Below are positions 8,607 through 18,322 of a DNA stretch of 63,679 nt, in pieces (positions within the stretch are counted from its first letter, which is position 1; every line of letters begins with the position of its first letter). Location: positions 1 through 63,679 of the IMG/VR virus record IMGVR_UViG_3300023184_000116, one strand, 5' to 3'. Origin of the DNA: a virus. Lineage: Duplodnaviria > Caudoviricetes. The notes beneath the pieces are model-generated. The model was not told where the DNA came from and did not search any database. It worked only from the letters and a program-made list of their open reading frames with translations. Both the position numbers and the translations under genes were made by a program.

Positions 8607-9700
8607 TACGCTACCTCGTAAAATCCACTAAGTAAAAGTGAACGGTTGCCTGAACTTCCGCTGTTTAAGAAAGTTAAACTAGAGGTTAGAGCCTGCAAAA
8701 GTAAACCCTGATTAGCAGTAGTGTTAGCCCCTGGAGTATAAACACTTAATGTTGTTGAGTTTGGAACTATAGAAGCTTGAATGTTGTAACTAGTATTAAT
8801 TCCAACCGTGATAGTTCCATTAACCAAACCACCAGTTCCACCACTCAAAGGTGTTACTGGCAATGTGAAAGTTAATGCTCCTGTGCCAGCAGTCAATGTT
8901 GCAGAACTTAAATAATTCAAATTAAAGAAAACAGTTTTGCCAATTTGTTTGTAACGACCAGTTGCAGTACCCGACCATGACCATCCAGTTCCGCCAAGTG
9001 TCGGAGTGTAAGTTGACCAAGCGGCATGGTCAGCAGCAATAGTTGTACCAGACACACCACCAATAGTCGAAGCAGCATCTAGCGTTGCACTATTGATGGT
9101 TGCGCCAGAACCAAATGAAGTTAATGAAGAAGCAGTAACACCTGATGCTAATGTTGAACCGGTAAGACCAGAAGCAGAAACAGAGCTAGCAACAATAGTT
9201 CCACCAGTAATGGTTCCACTATTAGTTGTGGTACCGCCTAGAGTTGCACCATTGATCGTTGGGCTAGTTAAAGTCTTAGCAGTTAAAGTCTGTGTCTTGT
9301 CTGTGCCAACAACATTACCCTCATTAAGACCAATGCCATGCAAATTAAAATACTCAGTAGTAGTACCATTAGTGACACTGTAACGACCAGTAGCATTGTA
9401 ATGTTCCTGCGTTTCACGCAAATCACGACCAGAAATAACATGTTTAACAGGAGCAGCACTAGCATGAGAAACAGCAGTAGTACTATCAACCGCACGAGTA
9501 ATAGTTAATGTAGTACCCGAAGCATAAGTAACATCAACCAATTCCTCACTAGAAGTGTCATAGTCAATAGCTAAAGTGTAAGGATACGAACCAGGAAAAC
9601 CTGAAACAGATCCAACAGTCATAGTTAAATCTGCTGAACTAATACCAGCACTAAGAGTAGTATCAACAGCATTAGAAGCATAGTAACGAGCAACGGCCAT
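8606..9700 (-). CDS. tail fibre-like protein
   Basis: KTLTSPTI repeats; WSTYTPTL...GRYKQIGKTV C-terminal fibre domain. Confidence 0.7.
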   Translation of the reverse strand: MAVARYYASNAVDTTLSAGISSADLTMTVGSVSGFPGSYPYTLAIDYDTSSEELVDVTYASGTTLTITRAVDSTTAVSHASAAPVKHVISGRDLRETQEHYNATGRYSVTNGTTTEYFNLHGIGLNEGNVVGTDKTQTLTAKTLTSPTINGATLGGTTTNSGTITGGTIVASSVSASGLTGSTLASGVTASSLTSFGSGATINSATLDAASTIGGVSGTTIAADHAAWSTYTPTLGGTGWSWSGTATGRYKQIGKTVFFNLNYLSSATLTAGTGALTFTLPVTPLSGGTGGLVNGTITVGINTSYNIQASIVPNSTTLSVYTPGANTTANQGLLLQALTSSLTFLNSGSSGNRSLLLSGFYEVA

Positions 9701-9709
9701 AATAGTTCC

Positions 9710-10633
9710 TTATCGGGTGTAGTGAACGCGAGATGGGTAAAGTTCTTCTTGACGGCGAATAGCAGTCTGTAAACGGTTCTGGTACTGAGCAAACAAATAA
9801 CGAGAAACTTGAGTACCAGCACCCGAAGGGTTAGACTGGTCAAGCGCATCAGCTTCCACAGACATAGCAGTAACACGAGGAGCATCCAAGTATGCGGCAG
9901 TACGCCAAGCAGCACCAAGAATAATGACTTCACGTTCCGAATCAGACAAACCAGAATCAGTAAAATCATCAGACGGTAACAATAATTCCGTAGGCTTCTT
10001 AGTGTAAACAACTTGCACAGTACGACCAGGAACAATGCCATCATAGATCGACACAGACTTGGAAGTGCTAAACGCAGCAATGTTTGCAGTCTTATCTATA
10101 CGCCATTTACGGATTGGCAACCATTCCTTAGAAGGACCAATGGTTTGCCAAGAAACAGCCAACACATTCAATGCTTCCGCAGGAAGTGGATAAGTGTTAC
10201 GAGCTGCCACAAACGGGAACGTGGTGTAGTAAACACCAAACAAATCAGGGTACACAGCATTGATGGCACTGTTAATGTTTTTCTCTACAACACCACGAGG
10301 GAACGAAGGATTAATAGTTACCCTAGCGCCAACAGAATGTAACGCTACAGTGGTGCCACGATAGCCACGACCATTAGGTGAAACATAGCCAATGTTGTTG
10401 GTTTGATCAAAGTTGTCAATCCAAATAAGTTCATCATCAATCTCGACCATACCGCGAGACAATGTTGTACCATCTTGAACTTTGATCTGGTAGTAAGGAT
10501 CCGCAGTGGAGTAACTACCTGATGCAGGGGTATCGGTTACAGCATTGAGCAGGTACGTTGCCTGATCTTGGCGTTGTGTATAACCTGCGAGGTTGATAAT
10601 AACTTCGTCAGTTAATTGTGCAAAAGTTGTCAT
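9710..10633 (-). CDS. head-tail adaptor / tail tubular A-like protein
   Basis: MTTFAQL start, INSAIN helix, VIILGAAWR; position in module. Confidence 0.6.
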   Translation of the reverse strand: MTTFAQLTDEVIINLAGYTQRQDQATYLLNAVTDTPASGSYSTADPYYQIKVQDGTTLSRGMVEIDDELIWIDNFDQTNNIGYVSPNGRGYRGTTVALHSVGARVTINPSFPRGVVEKNINSAINAVYPDLFGVYYTTFPFVAARNTYPLPAEALNVLAVSWQTIGPSKEWLPIRKWRIDKTANIAAFSTSKSVSIYDGIVPGRTVQVVYTKKPTELLLPSDDFTDSGLSDSEREVIILGAAWRTAAYLDAPRVTAMSVEADALDQSNPSGAGTQVSRYLFAQYQNRLQTAIRRQEELYPSRVHYTR

Positions 10634-10893
10634 GCAATCCTCGCTGATGCTTCATTCTCGCCAAGTCCTGAAGTGCCGGCGAGATAATTTAATACACCTT
10701 GGAGTTCAAGGTATTGTGTGCGGTTTGTAAAACCAGCTTTAGTATTTAATGCACCAACAATAGCTAAGCCTGTAGTGCCTGCATAAACGTTAGCGGCACC
10801 CTGTGCATCTAAAGTGGGTACATCGTAACTGTTTAACGTTCCTGCTAAACGGTTCATGTGATACTGAAGTGTTTTACCTGGAATGTACGCCAT
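10630..10893 (-). CDS. small virion-associated protein
   Basis: Repeated N-x-LAGT motif. Confidence 0.55.
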   Translation of the reverse strand: MAYIPGKTLQYHMNRLAGTLNSYDVPTLDAQGAANVYAGTTGLAIVGALNTKAGFTNRTQYLELQGVLNYLAGTSGLGENEASARIA

Positions 10894-10921
10894 AATGTAC
10901 CCACCTTAAATAGAAGTTTTG

Positions 10922-11053
10922 TTACTTACCTTTTGGCATTGGTCGTCCACCAACACCTGAGTAGCCACCACCGGGTAGGTCTGGCTTGCCAGTCTTGTTA
11001 TCGTTATTGGTTGAACCAATACGGATCTTGTTACATCCACATTCAACACACAT
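10922..11053 (-). CDS. small protein MCVECGC... (43 aa)
   Basis: Manual translation; RBS present; fills the gap. Confidence 0.5.
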   Translation of the reverse strand: MCVECGCNKIRIGSTNNDNKTGKPDLPGGGYSGVGGRPMPKGK

Positions 11054-11055
11054 AG

Positions 11056-11241
11056 TTACTTACCTTTCTTGGCTTTAACGCCAGATACTTTTTTGAGATT
11101 CGGATTCGCTTTAACAGCAGCAGGACTAGCCTTGCGAGCACCAGCAGCAAGAATTGCTCCAGCGTTCTTCATAGGAATACCCTGCTTCTTAGCGATTGAT
11201 TTTTGTGCGGCCTTGAAGCCCATACCTTTAGCCATTACCAT
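11056..11241 (-). CDS. small basic protein
   Basis: Lys/Ala-rich; coupled to neighbours. Confidence 0.6.
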   Translation of the reverse strand: MVMAKGMGFKAAQKSIAKKQGIPMKNAGAILAAGARKASPAAVKANPNLKKVSGVKAKKGK

Positions 11242-11501
11242 TTCACCTTATTTGCCCAATAAGCCGCAGACATTTTGCCCTTGGCAATGTTCGCAGCATG
11301 ACGAGCCTTGAACGCTTCATTACGTTTAGAACCATCAGGGGAACCCTGAACACCCTGTTGACCAAAATGAATAGTCTTAACCTTGTCACCCTCTTTAGCC
11401 ACAACAACATGCGACTTAGTTGGATGATTAGGAGTACGCTTTGGTTTGTTGTAACCAGATACACCGGCACGAGCCAGACGAGGATCTTTAGCAGTAGCCA
11501 T
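11235..11501 (-). CDS. conserved small basic phage protein
   Basis: KTIHFGQQG...FKARH...SAAYWANKVKW. Confidence 0.7.
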   Translation of the reverse strand: MATAKDPRLARAGVSGYNKPKRTPNHPTKSHVVVAKEGDKVKTIHFGQQGVQGSPDGSKRNEAFKARHAANIAKGKMSAAYWANKVKW

Positions 11502-11503
11502 AA

Positions 11504-11701
11504 CTAGCGACCCTTTTTAATCTTTGCAACCAGTTTCTTGTCAGCCTTCGTGTCCTGCTTCCGAGTAAGACCCTTAACATCCATAGCCTTATCTGCTTTA
11601 GCAAACTTAGCTTTCTGTGCAGGGGACAAACCTTTAGTGGTTTTCACATCCTGCTTCTTATCAGCTTTCATCTGGGCTGGTGTCATTTTCTTGACCGCCA
11701 T
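11504..11701 (-). CDS. small Lys-rich protein
   Basis: 65-aa coupled ORF. Confidence 0.55.
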   Translation of the reverse strand: MAVKKMTPAQMKADKKQDVKTTKGLSPAQKAKFAKADKAMDVKGLTRKQDTKADKKLVAKIKKGR

Positions 11702-12018
11702 TAGATACCTACTTCCGTCATTACTTGGCCGTGTGCCTTAGTAAGTTTTTGTGCCGGTGGCATAGTCCCTGCATCGTATGCCCGACCAATAGTTTCACTA
11801 GCTTTCAAAGCTGCTTCGATCTGATGACGTTGAGTACCAGCAGGTTGGATACCTTGCGCTCTAGCAGAAGAATAAGCATCAAGTTCGCCGTTCCACTTCT
11901 TTGCTGGCATCACTTTGTTAGCGGCAGCATCACCTGCATTGAGTTGTAGGTTAGATGCACGTAAGCAATCACCCCAAGACGCATGGTCTTGTGTTGGACA
12001 ACCTGTTCGACATGCCAT
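11701..12018 (-). CDS. conserved phage protein with N-terminal CRxGCxTQDH..C motif
   Basis: Preceded by RBS AGGAG; AR.QGIQP.GT motif. Confidence 0.7.
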   Translation of the reverse strand: MACRTGCPTQDHASWGDCLRASNLQLNAGDAAANKVMPAKKWNGELDAYSSARAQGIQPAGTQRHQIEAALKASETIGRAYDAGTMPPAQKLTKAHGQVMTEVGI

Positions 12019-12020
12019 GT

Positions 12021-12125
12021 TTAACTCCTTAGAGATGTTTTATCTATTGCTATGTTGGCTGACTGTAGGCAATCGCCATAAGACTCATGATCTTGAGTCG
12101 GGCAACCCGAACGACAAACCGACAT
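12021..12125 (-). CDS. 34-aa Cys/His peptide MSVCRSGCPTQDHESYGDCLQSANIAIDKTSLRS
   Basis: Manual translation; TAATG coupling to the fibre gene; homologue at 46897..47004 differs mostly at synonymous sites. Confidence 0.7.
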   Translation of the reverse strand: MSVCRSGCPTQDHESYGDCLQSANIAIDKTSLRS

Positions 12126-13640
12126 TAGCCCCAAGTTCCTAGTGATGTTGTGCTTGATGAACCTAACTCAACTAAAGAACCATAAGACTCTCGGTTGATT
12201 GTCATGGTTGTACCATTGACCGCACTAAGACTCAATTTCGGTTGGAAGTATAAACCACTTGCAGCTGTACGCAAAATACCCGAGATTCTTAGTTGGAATA
12301 CCTGGGCAGTGGCTGAGCCAGCAATAGTTCCGCCAATTTGCCAGTTAGCGGTTGTGCCATTTATGAATGCTCCGAAATCGTTAGTGCTTAACCAGTTACC
12401 GCTGCTTGATGATCCAATGAAACCTGCTTGATGCGTAATAAAATTAAAGTTTGATACTGCATCGCCAGCAATAGTCAAACGCAAACTAGCACTCGCTGCT
12501 GTTGTGTTGCTGATAGTGCCACTAAGTAAGTAATCAACATAATAGGTTTTGCTGTTGCCAACTGTTACTCCATTTGATAATCCAAACGGATCATAACCAG
12601 TTAAAGCTGATAAATTGCTTCCACTGTTTACACTGACATTGTTACTGGGTGAATACCACAACGAAGGTGCAAGTGCGTTGGTTGCAAGTTTTGCCGCAGT
12701 CACACTGTTGTCGGTCAAGTTGGCACCAGGCAAAGAAGTTAAAGATGCGCCACTGCCTGAAAAACTTGCAGCAGTAACAATGCCCGAAGCACCAACCGAA
12801 GCAACCGCAGTTCCACCGTTGTATTGCCATTCTTGCAAGTTCTGCTGAGTAGCAGTCACAACAATCTGACCACCAGTGCCAGTGCCATTCGTACCCTGCA
12901 AAGAAGTGACTCGGATAGTTGTTGCAGAAACCACAGTGATTGTTGTCGTTCCGTTGAAGTTTGAATCCGAGAACCCAGACAACACAACAGACTGACCAGC
13001 AACCAAACCGACAGTCGAACTGAAACCGCTAACAGTGTCAAAGGTAACACCAGCACCGCCAGTGTGAGTTGCAGTCAAACCAGTAATGGTCAACGAACCA
13101 GCAGGCTTCACAACCATCGGCACAGCTGAAGTCGAAGTTGATTGAACAAGAACCTGACCAGAACCAGTCTGCGACAAGTTGCCTGAACTAACCGCAACCG
13201 CACCAGTGAAAGTTGCACCCGACAAATTGGCTTTAGTCGCATCACTGTTATGCACATGATCCGCGCGAGCGTACCTGGTCGAAGTTCCAACCGCAGCAGT
13301 TCCATTGTTAGCCGGTGTTGCCGAGGCAGCCTGACCAAGAACAAACGCGGTTGAAGCAACCTGAGTTGTGTTTGTATCAACTGAAGCAGTCGGCGCAGTA
13401 GGCGTGCCAGACAATGCAGGATTCGAACCAAAAGAAGTCAATGCCGAACTTGTGCTGGCCGAAGTCAACAAAGTTGCTGATGCTGGAATTGTTGTGCTGT
13501 TGACCGATGTCACATTAGGAAGTGAAGTTGTTGCAGTTGTGACCAAAGTTGCTGATGCTGGAATTGTTGTGCTGTTAACTGAAGTCACATTCGGAAGCGA
13601 TGTTGTTGCAGTTGTAACACCATTGGTGACAGTCGCAGCA
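12021..13640. repeat. direct repeat copy 1 (fibre C-terminal region plus peptide)
   Basis: Homologous to 46897..~48430; exact identity seen for ~12453..13084, offset 34,879. Confidence 0.9.
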
Positions 13641-13957
13641 TTGCCATCGATGCTCACGCCAGTCAAAGTCTGAGAAGCTGACGAACGGTTGATTGCTAGA
13701 GCAGTCGTGCCGACATACATTGTTTGATTAGTAGCAGCCTTGCCAGCAACAGTTGAATCAAGAGCAGTCAATCGAGCAACAACAGTCGCCGAACCGCCCT
13801 GCGGATTCACACCAAGCGTGACCTGAACAGCCGACATTGCATCATTGATGTTGTCATGCTGGGCAGCATGTGGAACAGTTGCGCTGTCAAGCGTGTCAGT
13901 TGCAGTTGGGTTCACGAATGAATCCAATGCGCCAGGGTAATTGGTCGACATCAACAC
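12125..13957 (-). CDS. fibre-like virion protein (610 aa)
   Basis: Ser/Thr/Gly-rich; ARADHVH motif; C-terminal ~400 aa shared with 47004..50252. Confidence 0.75.
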   Translation of the reverse strand: MLMSTNYPGALDSFVNPTATDTLDSATVPHAAQHDNINDAMSAVQVTLGVNPQGGSATVVARLTALDSTVAGKAATNQTMYVGTTALAINRSSASQTLTGVSIDGNAATVTNGVTTATTSLPNVTSVNSTTIPASATLVTTATTSLPNVTSVNSTTIPASATLLTSASTSSALTSFGSNPALSGTPTAPTASVDTNTTQVASTAFVLGQAASATPANNGTAAVGTSTRYARADHVHNSDATKANLSGATFTGAVAVSSGNLSQTGSGQVLVQSTSTSAVPMVVKPAGSLTITGLTATHTGGAGVTFDTVSGFSSTVGLVAGQSVVLSGFSDSNFNGTTTITVVSATTIRVTSLQGTNGTGTGGQIVVTATQQNLQEWQYNGGTAVASVGASGIVTAASFSGSGASLTSLPGANLTDNSVTAAKLATNALAPSLWYSPSNNVSVNSGSNLSALTGYDPFGLSNGVTVGNSKTYYVDYLLSGTISNTTAASASLRLTIAGDAVSNFNFITHQAGFIGSSSSGNWLSTNDFGAFINGTTANWQIGGTIAGSATAQVFQLRISGILRTAASGLYFQPKLSLSAVNGTTMTINRESYGSLVELGSSSTTSLGTWG

Positions 13958-14041
13958 TCCTTAAAAAGACTCGGGGACAATGGCAGGGGTGTTCATTGCC
14001 CCCGAGAGATTAGATTTTATGAACTACAGTTTTGAATAATT

Positions 14042-14194
14042 TTATCGACGAGATAATCGAGTTTCACGTTCATTCACACGAATGTCTGAAACAGCTTCAT
14101 GCATTTCTAAAACTTGTTCAATTGTGCCGCCAGCTTCAAGCACTTTCTCAATCGCAATCATAGCATCGAGAAGTAAAGATTTCATTTTTGACAT
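14042..14194 (-). CDS. small protein (50 aa) downstream of the capsid gene
   Basis: Manual translation MSKMKSLLLDAMIAIEKVL...; RBS AAGGGG. Confidence 0.55.
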   Translation of the reverse strand: MSKMKSLLLDAMIAIEKVLEAGGTIEQVLEMHEAVSDIRVNERETRLSRR

Positions 14195-14223
14195 TTTTAT
14201 TTTCCCCTTTAAGATCTTAAAAG

Positions 14224-14269
14224 TGTGATGACTCTCACCGGATAAAGTTGACCGGTGAGAGTCATCACA
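14224..14269 (-). terminator. 18-bp stem-loop after the capsid gene
   Basis: TGTGATGACTCTCACCGG-10-CCGGTGAGAGTCATCACA. Confidence 0.6.
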
Positions 14270-14279
14270 ATGATTTGGT

Positions 14280-15623
14280 TTAGTAACCTGATGGAGCGAC
14301 GGTGCCAGTGCCAGAGATCAAGGCAGCGTTCTTTGCAAAGCGATGTGCAAGAGCAGCGTAACCGTAAACCTGGAAACGAACGGTTAGGTTCGCTGACAGA
14401 ACATCTGGAAGTACGCGAGTCTTAACACCTGATTCGAACAAGTAAGAATCAGAGAACTTGCCAAGAAGAATCGGTGACTGGTTTGTTCCAGCGCCGTAAG
14501 TCTTGGTCATAGTTGCATCAACGTAAACAGGAACACCGTAAATTGAACCAACAAGACCAGCAGGTGCACCAGGGCTTGTAGTAATACCTGAAGCATTGAA
14601 TGGACCATTAGCGGTAGGAACAATTAGTGGACGGCTTGAACCATCAACTTGTGAAGCGAACCAATACCAAGTGCTCGGATGCATAACAATTGCTTCAACA
14701 GCTTTGTAACGGTTTGTGACAACCTGCGAAATTGCTTTCGTGATCGCGGCAAGGCCGTTCGGTGCAGATGGAGTTGCTTCAGTCCAAGTAACAGGAAGAC
14801 CCGCAGCAGCTGAGGTAACAAAACCTTTAAGCGTGCCAGAAGTTCCGTCACCGGTACCAACAACAGCGGTGTTTAGCTGCAACGCGTAATCAGCCATAAG
14901 ATCACCAAATACAAGACGATCAAGACCGCCAGCAATTGGTGACTGTTCAACAAGCTGGATCGAAACGTTCTCGTAACCACTGATCGTCTGAACAGGTGCG
15001 GTGATGGTTGAAGTAACCAAATCGCGTGGTGTTGTTGGCGCCATTGTGCTTGAGTTATCAGCTGACTGGAAACCAACACGTGTACCGGTTGTGATCGCAG
15101 GAATGTTGATTGAATCAGTTCCAGCAGGTAGCGCCATCTTTGTTACAAGATCAGCGGTTACACGAGCAGCACGAGCAAATTCCGCGTACTCATTGATTAG
15201 GTACAAAGGCGGAACAAAATCGCCACCGCTTGTATCCGTACGGTTAATGTCGCGTGTTTCAACAGCAACTTCTTGCTGATGACGATGCAAGCGTTCCCAT
15301 GAAGTTGAATCATTGCGAAGCTGTGCATTGATCATGTCGCGAACGAAAGAGTTATCTGAACCCTTATCGTACGTCATGGCTTCGCGAGTTACAACAGCAG
15401 AACCAAAAGCCTTAACACCTTCAGCTGCGCGTGCTTCTTTAATAGAAGCGGTGCGAGCTTCAAGCGCTTCAGCGCTTTCAATTTTGGCATCAAGATCTTT
15501 GATCTCTGCCTGACGTGCTTCGACGGCGTCCAATGTTTCGGTGGACGCTTCGCCAGCAAGCAACGCCTCCGCGTCAGCTGCAGCGGTGCTGCGCGCTTCG
15601 CGTAGATTGTCAAGTAATGACAT
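14280..15623 (-). CDS. major capsid protein, HK97 fold, with N-terminal delta-like coiled coil (phage B)
   Basis: GG.FVPP, G.GTSGTLKG, VMHP..W, GRPL-like and GSIYGVPVYVD motifs; start MSLLD after AAGGAG. Confidence 0.9.
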   Translation of the reverse strand: MSLLDNLREARSTAAADAEALLAGEASTETLDAVEARQAEIKDLDAKIESAEALEARTASIKEARAAEGVKAFGSAVVTREAMTYDKGSDNSFVRDMINAQLRNDSTSWERLHRHQQEVAVETRDINRTDTSGGDFVPPLYLINEYAEFARAARVTADLVTKMALPAGTDSINIPAITTGTRVGFQSADNSSTMAPTTPRDLVTSTITAPVQTISGYENVSIQLVEQSPIAGGLDRLVFGDLMADYALQLNTAVVGTGDGTSGTLKGFVTSAAAGLPVTWTEATPSAPNGLAAITKAISQVVTNRYKAVEAIVMHPSTWYWFASQVDGSSRPLIVPTANGPFNASGITTSPGAPAGLVGSIYGVPVYVDATMTKTYGAGTNQSPILLGKFSDSYLFESGVKTRVLPDVLSANLTVRFQVYGYAALAHRFAKNAALISGTGTVAPSGY

Positions 15624-15701
15624 TTGCGTTTCTCCTTTTGAGAATAGTTGTTTGTTGTGTTGCAATCCGCCGGGACCAAAGTGCCGGGGGAAATCTATGT
15701 G

Positions 15702-17096
15702 TTAGCGATTCTTTGAATTGCTAAACTTTTGTTTTAACTCAAGCATTCGTTTACGTAACTCGAGTGCTTCCTGTTCAGCGTCTTCAGCTGAAGCGGTGCG
15801 CATTCCAATAGTTGTTGCATCATAAGCTGGCCAAGTAACAACAGAAACTTCGAACAAGTTTAGATCTTGCAAAGTACGAAGACCATCATTGCGAGTGTCA
15901 CCATCAGGCGCAACAGTGAAAGCGAAAGACATTTTAGAAACATCACCACGTGAAACAGCTGAGGCAAGTTCCTGTGCGCGAGGATTATTTGGATCTAGAT
16001 CTGCTTCCATCCATAAACCTGTTTTATCTTGACGCAATGACATTGTGCCTGATTGTGTTGAAGCAAGAGGCAAACTATCCGTGTCATGATTAACAAGCAG
16101 GAACACTGGTTCATCTGAATCAAGTGTGCGAGTGAAAGCGCCTGGCGCAATCACTTCACGAAACGATAAACCTGTTGCTTCCTTGTTAAACTGTGCAGCA
16201 TAACCACCAATTCGCAGAGAAGTCGAATCGGTAGAAAGTGAACGAACCTCACAGTCCATTGTTACTCGTTCAGCTAAAGCCATTTTTGATTTACGTGATT
16301 CCATTTCAACATCCTCATCGCGTGGTTCAATTGTTTCAACAGGTTCAAAATCAAGATCTGCAGAGTTCATTTGCATTACCGGTTCAGCATCATCATCCTC
16401 GTCAATGCCTTGAGCATCAACTGGATCAGGTGAAGGTTCATTAACTTCTTCACCAAGCGAAGCGGTTAACTGCCATTTGTAAAACTGTTGATTATCAATT
16501 GCGCCAGCAATAAAGTTTGCAATGCCTTGTTGATTGTAACTTGTTGCACAATCAAACACGTCAGCTAGTTGATCCAAGAAAACATTATTTGCATCTAAAA
16601 GATCTCTAGCAAGTTCCATTGGGTCTTGACCAGGCTTTGAATCCTGTAAGTAACCAAGCGCAGCAAACTCGGCCAAAGTTGAAGGTGCAACAACACCGAT
16701 CTTGCGCAAGTTCTCTGCAATAGGATCAACGAGTTCATAAGCTGTTTCATAAATCTTTTGAAACAATTTATGGTACTCACTAAAGTCTGCACCTTTAACA
16801 TTCCAATGTGCGCCATGCGCACGGAAATAAAATTGAACAGCAGTTCCAAGAAGTTCTGTTAATTCCTCGGGCAAGTCCGAAACTGTTTCGGTTTCTTCCA
16901 TGTCGAGAGATTCCATGCTTTCGCCTTCCAATAAAGCCACGCGGGCAGATAACTTGTCGAGAATCTTTGAAGCCCATGCTCGGCCTTCAACCCCTGTTGC
17001 TTTGCTTATTGCTACAACATCAACTAACTCTATCGAGTCAACATCAATGCCTCGTTCTGTTTGAACAATTTTTGGTACACGAAAAGTTTGAGACAT
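15702..17096 (-). CDS. prohead maturation protease (HK97 type) fused to an N-terminal Dps/ferritin domain
   Basis: C-terminal half GYAAQFN...EVIAPGAF...LVNHD...MSFAF...EVSVVTWPAY; N-terminal half HGAHWNVKG.DF...HKLF..IY......D.IAE. Confidence 0.85.
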   Translation of the reverse strand: MSQTFRVPKIVQTERGIDVDSIELVDVVAISKATGVEGRAWASKILDKLSARVALLEGESMESLDMEETETVSDLPEELTELLGTAVQFYFRAHGAHWNVKGADFSEYHKLFQKIYETAYELVDPIAENLRKIGVVAPSTLAEFAALGYLQDSKPGQDPMELARDLLDANNVFLDQLADVFDCATSYNQQGIANFIAGAIDNQQFYKWQLTASLGEEVNEPSPDPVDAQGIDEDDDAEPVMQMNSADLDFEPVETIEPRDEDVEMESRKSKMALAERVTMDCEVRSLSTDSTSLRIGGYAAQFNKEATGLSFREVIAPGAFTRTLDSDEPVFLLVNHDTDSLPLASTQSGTMSLRQDKTGLWMEADLDPNNPRAQELASAVSRGDVSKMSFAFTVAPDGDTRNDGLRTLQDLNLFEVSVVTWPAYDATTIGMRTASAEDAEQEALELRKRMLELKQKFSNSKNR

Positions 17097-18322
17097 TAAC
17101 TAAGCACTCCCATGACTGGAACAGATTTATCAGTATCAGTGCCAGTTGCTGGTGAATCAGTTGTTGTTTGACCAGGTAATGCTTGATGGAAATCGTCACC
17201 GCCAACATAGGGTTCATAGCCTTCTGTTTGACGAGCCTCATTTGGTGTGAGTGCGCCCATTGCAATTTGCATTTGACTTACACGAGCACGAGTTAAAGCA
17301 TCGGTGCGTAACAAGACAGAGGTGTCAAAAACAACATCAACATTTGGTGCAAGTATCTTTGAGAATGCAATCTCAAGACGACGAAGCCAAGGCGTGATCG
17401 TGAAGATCAAGAAATTCAATGATGCTTGTTCAACATTTTGGTAAGTCTGGTTATCACCAATCGCACCAATTAAGTGTGAAGGAATTCGATAAATTCGTGC
17501 AATGTCACGAATCAACTGTTCACGTGATTCAATCATTTGCGCATCAGCAGCTGATGTTGTAATTGGTTTGAACTTTAGACCATCACTCATCACAGCTGGG
17601 CGACGATGACGACGATGAGTTGATTCCCATGTTCCTTGAATAACACGAGCCTGATCCAATGTCAACTTGCCATCGGTTTCCAAAACACCTGAAGGCGTTG
17701 CACCCTCACCGTAAAACTGTGACAAATGGCGATCCATTGCAAGCGATAACCCGACAAGGTTGCGTGACTGGATCAAAGGCGAAACACCAACCAATGATTG
17801 CGGTGGAGTGAACGTGCGAATGTGTAAAACATTTTCAGCATCCATCTCATTACCGAGATGCAAATAGCGACGCGAAATCTGATCACCTGTTGGAAGCACT
17901 TGCATCTGATACGGATGCAAAGGAACTAAACCAATCGGTGTACCAGACTTGTCACGATCAATGTGAATGTACGCGTTACCGTGCAACACTAGTGAAGCCA
18001 TAACCGTGTGAACAAACTCAAACGAATTAGTACCAGATGCAGGATCAGGATCAGCAATAAGCTGCGGAACAGGAACAGACTTGCGATTACCAGCTGGATC
18101 AATCTCGTAACCACGAAGCGGAAGCGATGCAACAGAATCAGCTAGCAAAGAAACAGCGGAAAGCACGGATGAAACACCAAGTGCAGTCCACTCATCGATG
18201 CGTTCACCAGCTGAAGACGTGATCGTGGTTTGACCATACAACTGTGAAAGCGGTGCAACATAGTTATTGAATTGCGGGTAACGCCCTGAAACATCGCCAA
18301 CACCGCGGCGCAGAATACTCAT
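17096..18322 (-). CDS. portal protein, HK97 family
   Basis: LHGNAY, LHIR, GVSP, IARIYRIP, TPNEAR. Confidence 0.95.
   Translation of the reverse strand: MSILRRGVGDVSGRYPQFNNYVAPLSQLYGQTTITSSAGERIDEWTALGVSSVLSAVSLLADSVASLPLRGYEIDPAGNRKSVPVPQLIADPDPASGTNSFEFVHTVMASLVLHGNAYIHIDRDKSGTPIGLVPLHPYQMQVLPTGDQISRRYLHLGNEMDAENVLHIRTFTPPQSLVGVSPLIQSRNLVGLSLAMDRHLSQFYGEGATPSGVLETDGKLTLDQARVIQGTWESTHRRHRRPAVMSDGLKFKPITTSAADAQMIESREQLIRDIARIYRIPSHLIGAIGDNQTYQNVEQASLNFLIFTITPWLRRLEIAFSKILAPNVDVVFDTSVLLRTDALTRARVSQMQIAMGALTPNEARQTEGYEPYVGGDDFHQALPGQTTTDSPATGTDTDKSVPVMGVLS

Noticed and set aside
12021-13640. attL/attR of an integrase-type prophage, or a DGR template/variable repeat pair
   Set aside because: No integrase or reverse transcriptase in the window; differences are mostly synonymous and not adenine-specific
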